Shown here: in pieces, positions 29,682 through 32,000 of the stretch
Layout: every line of letters begins with the position of its first letter
How positions within the stretch are numbered: the stretch's first letter is position 1
Source: Coprobacillaceae bacterium
GTDB lineage: Bacteria; Bacillota_I; Bacilli_A; Erysipelotrichales; Coprobacillaceae
Length of the DNA: 32,000 nt
Reading direction: 5' to 3'
Assembly (NCBI GenBank): GCA_963675515.1
Contig: OY776328.1
Location: 480,001-512,000 of the forward strand
Translations under genes and position numbers: made by a program
Notes under the pieces: generated by a model
Seen by the model: the letters and a program-made list of their open reading frames with translations, nothing else
Told to the model about the DNA's origin: nothing
Database searches by the model: none

Positions 29682-30753
29682 AAAAGTGAAAATCAGGAAC
29701 CTTATGCTTGTATTTTTGATTTTCTTCGCCTTGGTTCTAGTGCTTCTGGTGGCCTTGCTTTTTGGCAACATGTTTTCAACCGGATTCGAGATGGAGTTCA
29801 TCCGCCCCCACCACGGCATGTCCGAAATGGTGGCGCTGATTGATGTCAATGAATTGCTTTTGAAGATTGGAGCCAAGGCAGTTGCTGTCGCTCTTGGAGT
29901 AGCGATGATCGGTGCGGCCATTATATCCAAGATCCTCGCCAAAGACATTATCAAATCAACCAATCTGGCCAAAGCGGTTGTCGATGGCGACTTCACCCCG
30001 GCGACATCAAGGATTGTTGAACTTGACAGTTTGAATGACAGCCTGGTCGACATCAATACAAGGCTTGGCATCAAGAATCAAAACCGCAAAAGCATCTATG
30101 ACCAGCTGTATCACCAGTCACTCACACCCATTGCCATAATCAAGAACATCCTTGAAGGTGTGGAGGACGGGGTTATGGATATGGATGCCCGGGAAATAAA
30201 ATCATGCCAGGTCCAGCTCGAGAATCTTCAGGAGCTGATCGACAATATGGAACTCATAGTCGAGGGTCGGTTGTACGACAATGTCCTGAAAGTGGAGACT
30301 TTCGATCTGGGAGGGCTCATTAATAAGATTGTGAACGGGTACAGGGCCAGCTTCAAAAGCAGGAATATGAAAATCGATGTGGCCAATGACCAGAAAGTGA
30401 CGGTGACATCGGACCGGTTCAAGATATCCCAGGCGATCTACTCGCTTGTTTCCAACGCCTTGAAGTATTCGCCCTCCAATACCAAAGTCGAAATCGGCTA
30501 TTACGTGGTCGGGGATGAGGTTGTGATCAATGTGAAGGACCAGGGTCGGGGTATCAGACAGGATGATTTGAAACACATATTCAAGGCCTATTACCGGGGC
30601 AGCGACACCCGGGAGATACCCGGCCAGGGCATCGGACTCTACCTGGTCAAGCAGAATGTCGAATCCTGCCACGGCCAAGTCACAATCCGTTCCAGCCTGA
30701 ATGAGGGTACGATTGTCACATTGCGGTTGCCGTTGAATTACACCGAGGACTAG
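29668..30753 (+). CDS. Sensor histidine kinase (two transmembrane helices, short extracytoplasmic loop)
   Basis: H-box LYHQSLTPIAIIKN, N-box VSNALKYS, G1 KDQGRGI and G2 GQGIGLYLV. The start is set at the ATGATG overlapping the RR stop (14-nt overlap), rather than the track start at 29638. Confidence 0.88.
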   Translation: MMKTRKVKIRNLMLVFLIFFALVLVLLVALLFGNMFSTGFEMEFIRPHHGMSEMVALIDVNELLLKIGAKAVAVALGVAMIGAAIISKILAKDIIKSTNLAKAVVDGDFTPATSRIVELDSLNDSLVDINTRLGIKNQNRKSIYDQLYHQSLTPIAIIKNILEGVEDGVMDMDAREIKSCQVQLENLQELIDNMELIVEGRLYDNVLKVETFDLGGLINKIVNGYRASFKSRNMKIDVANDQKVTVTSDRFKISQAIYSLVSNALKYSPSNTKVEIGYYVVGDEVVINVKDQGRGIRQDDLKHIFKAYYRGSDTREIPGQGIGLYLVKQNVESCHGQVTIRSSLNEGTIVTLRLPLNYTED

Positions 30754-30767
30754 AAATAGTCCTTTTT
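30746..30767 (+). terminator. Terminator after the two-component operon
   Basis: AGGACTA-GAAA-TAGTCCT followed by TTTTT. The HK stop codon lies in the stem. Confidence 0.7.
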
Positions 30768-30793
30768 GTTTGCCTGCCGTTGTGACATTTCAA

Positions 30794-30822
30794 TTGACAC
30801 GCCATATTGACAATGCTAATAT
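30794..30822 (+). promoter_or_regulatory. Candidate feoAB promoter
   Basis: TTGACA, a 17-nt spacer, then TAATAT. A second TTGACA lies inside the spacer. Confidence 0.45.
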
Positions 30823-30859
30823 ACAGTTAGCCTACTCTAACATAAAGGTGGAAGTGATT

Positions 30860-31090
30860 ATGAGAACATTAGATCAGATTGCGGTAGGAAAAACCGCAAT
30901 TGTCAAAAAGATACATGGCGAAGGTGCCACCCGGCGGCGGATCATGGATATGGGGATAACCAAGGGCGTCGAGGTCAAGGTCAGAAAACTGGCGCCTCTA
31001 AAAGATCCGATCCAGCTGTCGCTGCGGGGCTATGAGCTGACAATCCGCAAGGATGACGCAAGCAAAATTGAAGTCGAACAGGAGGATTGA
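30860..31090 (+). CDS. feoA: Ferrous iron transport protein A
   Basis: 76 aa. MRTLDQIAVGKTAIVKKIHGEGATRRRIMDMGITKGVEVKV is the FeoA/DtxR SH3-like domain. The start is set at the ATG behind the RBS AAAGGTGGA; the track extension from 30770 has no RBS. Confidence 0.88.
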   Translation: MRTLDQIAVGKTAIVKKIHGEGATRRRIMDMGITKGVEVKVRKLAPLKDPIQLSLRGYELTIRKDDASKIEVEQED

Positions 31091-32000
31091 TGATGGTCAA
31101 AATCGCATTGGTTGGCAATCCCAACAGTGGCAAGACCACGCTATTCAACTTGTTGACCGGGTCGAACCAGACGGTTGGGAACTGGCCGGGTGTAACTGTT
31201 GAAAAAAAGTCAGGCAACGTCAAGAATCATAACGATGTGACAGTCGACGATCTGCCGGGAATATATTCCTTGTCGCCATATACTCTTGAGGAAGTCGTTG
31301 CCCGGGATTATCTTGCAAGCGAGAAAATCGATGTCATCATCAATATCATCGACGCGACGAACCTGGAAAGGAACCTTTATCTGTCTACCCAGATTTTCGA
31401 ATTGGGGATTCCGGTTGTTCTGGCGTTCAACATGATCGATGTCGTACGCAAGAATGGCGACAGCATCAACCTCGCGAAGCTGGCGACATCTTTTGGTGTC
31501 GATATTGTTGAGATTTCGGCTCTCCTTGGTGAAGGAATCGACAATGTCATCGAGAGGGCCTTGCTGCGCGCGCAGGATCGCAAGATGCCAAAAGAGCCCC
31601 GCTATTCCGGGGAAATCGAACATATTATAGCCCATGTCGAAGACATAGTATCATCATACAATGACAACGAGAGCCTGAACCGCTATCTGGCGATCAAGGT
31701 ACTGGAGAAGGATGCCCTGGTCCTTAAAAAACTCAATATGGAAAAAAAGGATCTTGACAAGATTGCCAGGATGGTTGAAAAGGAGCAGTTCCGGCTTGAC
31801 GAGGACATGCAATCGATCATCACCAACGAGAGATATAATTACGTTACCAAGTATACAAGCAAGTATCTAATCAGGATGTCCGATACCAGGGAATCATTGA
31901 GTGTCCGCATTGACAATGTTGTGACAAACAAGTATCTGGCGATACCGATCTTCATCGGTGTCATATTCTCAATCTATTTTATCGCGATCTCGACAATCGG
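31090..32000 (+). CDS. feoB: Ferrous iron transporter FeoB, N-terminal G-domain part (3' end outside the window; not in the ORF track)
   Basis: I translated this frame by hand as MMVKIALVGNPNSGKTTLFNLLTGSNQTVGNWPGVTVEKKSG...DLPGIYSLSPYT...VLAFNMIDV. It is open to base 32000. G1, G2, G3 and G4 motifs are present. The ATG overlaps the feoA TGA. Confidence 0.9.
   Translation, partial: MMVKIALVGNPNSGKTTLFNLLTGSNQTVGNWPGVTVEKKSGNVKNHNDVTVDDLPGIYSLSPYTLEEVVARDYLASEKIDVIINIIDATNLERNLYLSTQIFELGIPVVLAFNMIDVVRKNGDSINLAKLATSFGVDIVEISALLGEGIDNVIERALLRAQDRKMPKEPRYSGEIEHIIAHVEDIVSSYNDNESLNRYLAIKVLEKDALVLKKLNMEKKDLDKIARMVEKEQFRLDEDMQSIITNERYNYVTKYTSKYLIRMSDTRESLSVRIDNVVTNKYLAIPIFIGVIFSIYFIAISTI

Noticed and set aside
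28992-30074. 360-aa ORF on the minus strand
   Set aside because: It lies entirely antisense to the well-supported response regulator and histidine kinase genes. It has low-complexity Ser/Ala/Ile-rich composition, no RBS and no recognisable motifs. It is a typical shadow ORF.
30805-30822. Possible Fur box (TTGACAATGCTAATAT) overlapping the feoA promoter
   Set aside because: Only about 9 of 15 positions match the TGATAATNATTATCA consensus by eye. That is too weak to call without a scoring matrix.

Overview
This is a chromosomal window at roughly 40-45% GC from a low-GC Gram-positive-type bacterium. By eye the 16S looks Erysipelotrichia- or Mollicutes-related Bacillota. TGA is used as a stop codon, so the code is 11, not 4.

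Gene content, left to right:
- A PucR-type regulator (5' truncated by the window edge), an orphan family-3 solute-binding lipoprotein, a DUF89 phosphatase and a second PucR regulator.
- The conserved mutS-mutL-miaA block.
- A full-length group II intron (ribozyme plus RT/maturase) inserted immediately after the miaA intrinsic terminator.
- A GyrI-like protein, PAP2 phosphatase and rarA on the minus strand.
- dtd, then an M32 carboxypeptidase.
- A complete 16S-23S-5S rRNA operon with tandem promoters, boxA/processing stems and no tRNAs.
- An IS1634-family insertion sequence flanked by 171-bp direct repeats that duplicate a perfect sigma-A promoter.
- A RAT/terminator-controlled glucose-family PTS operon: EIICB, an RDD membrane protein, EIIA and a GlcT-like antiterminator.
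- A SemiSWEET and an HD hydrolase.
- Two small SHOCT membrane proteins followed by an OmpR/HK two-component system.
- feoA and feoB (feoB is 3' truncated).

I did not find a convincing new multi-gene system such as a defence island, CRISPR array, retron or DGR. The RT is a standard group II intron maturase.

The observations most worth following up:
- The two mobile elements and their insertion geometry: the intron behind a terminator, and the IS with an unusually long target duplication that clones a promoter.
- The odd wiring of the PTS operon.
- The SHOCT-SHOCT-RR-HK module.
- A 22-nt motif shared by both flanks of the rRNA operon.

All family assignments come from motif recognition by eye and need database confirmation.
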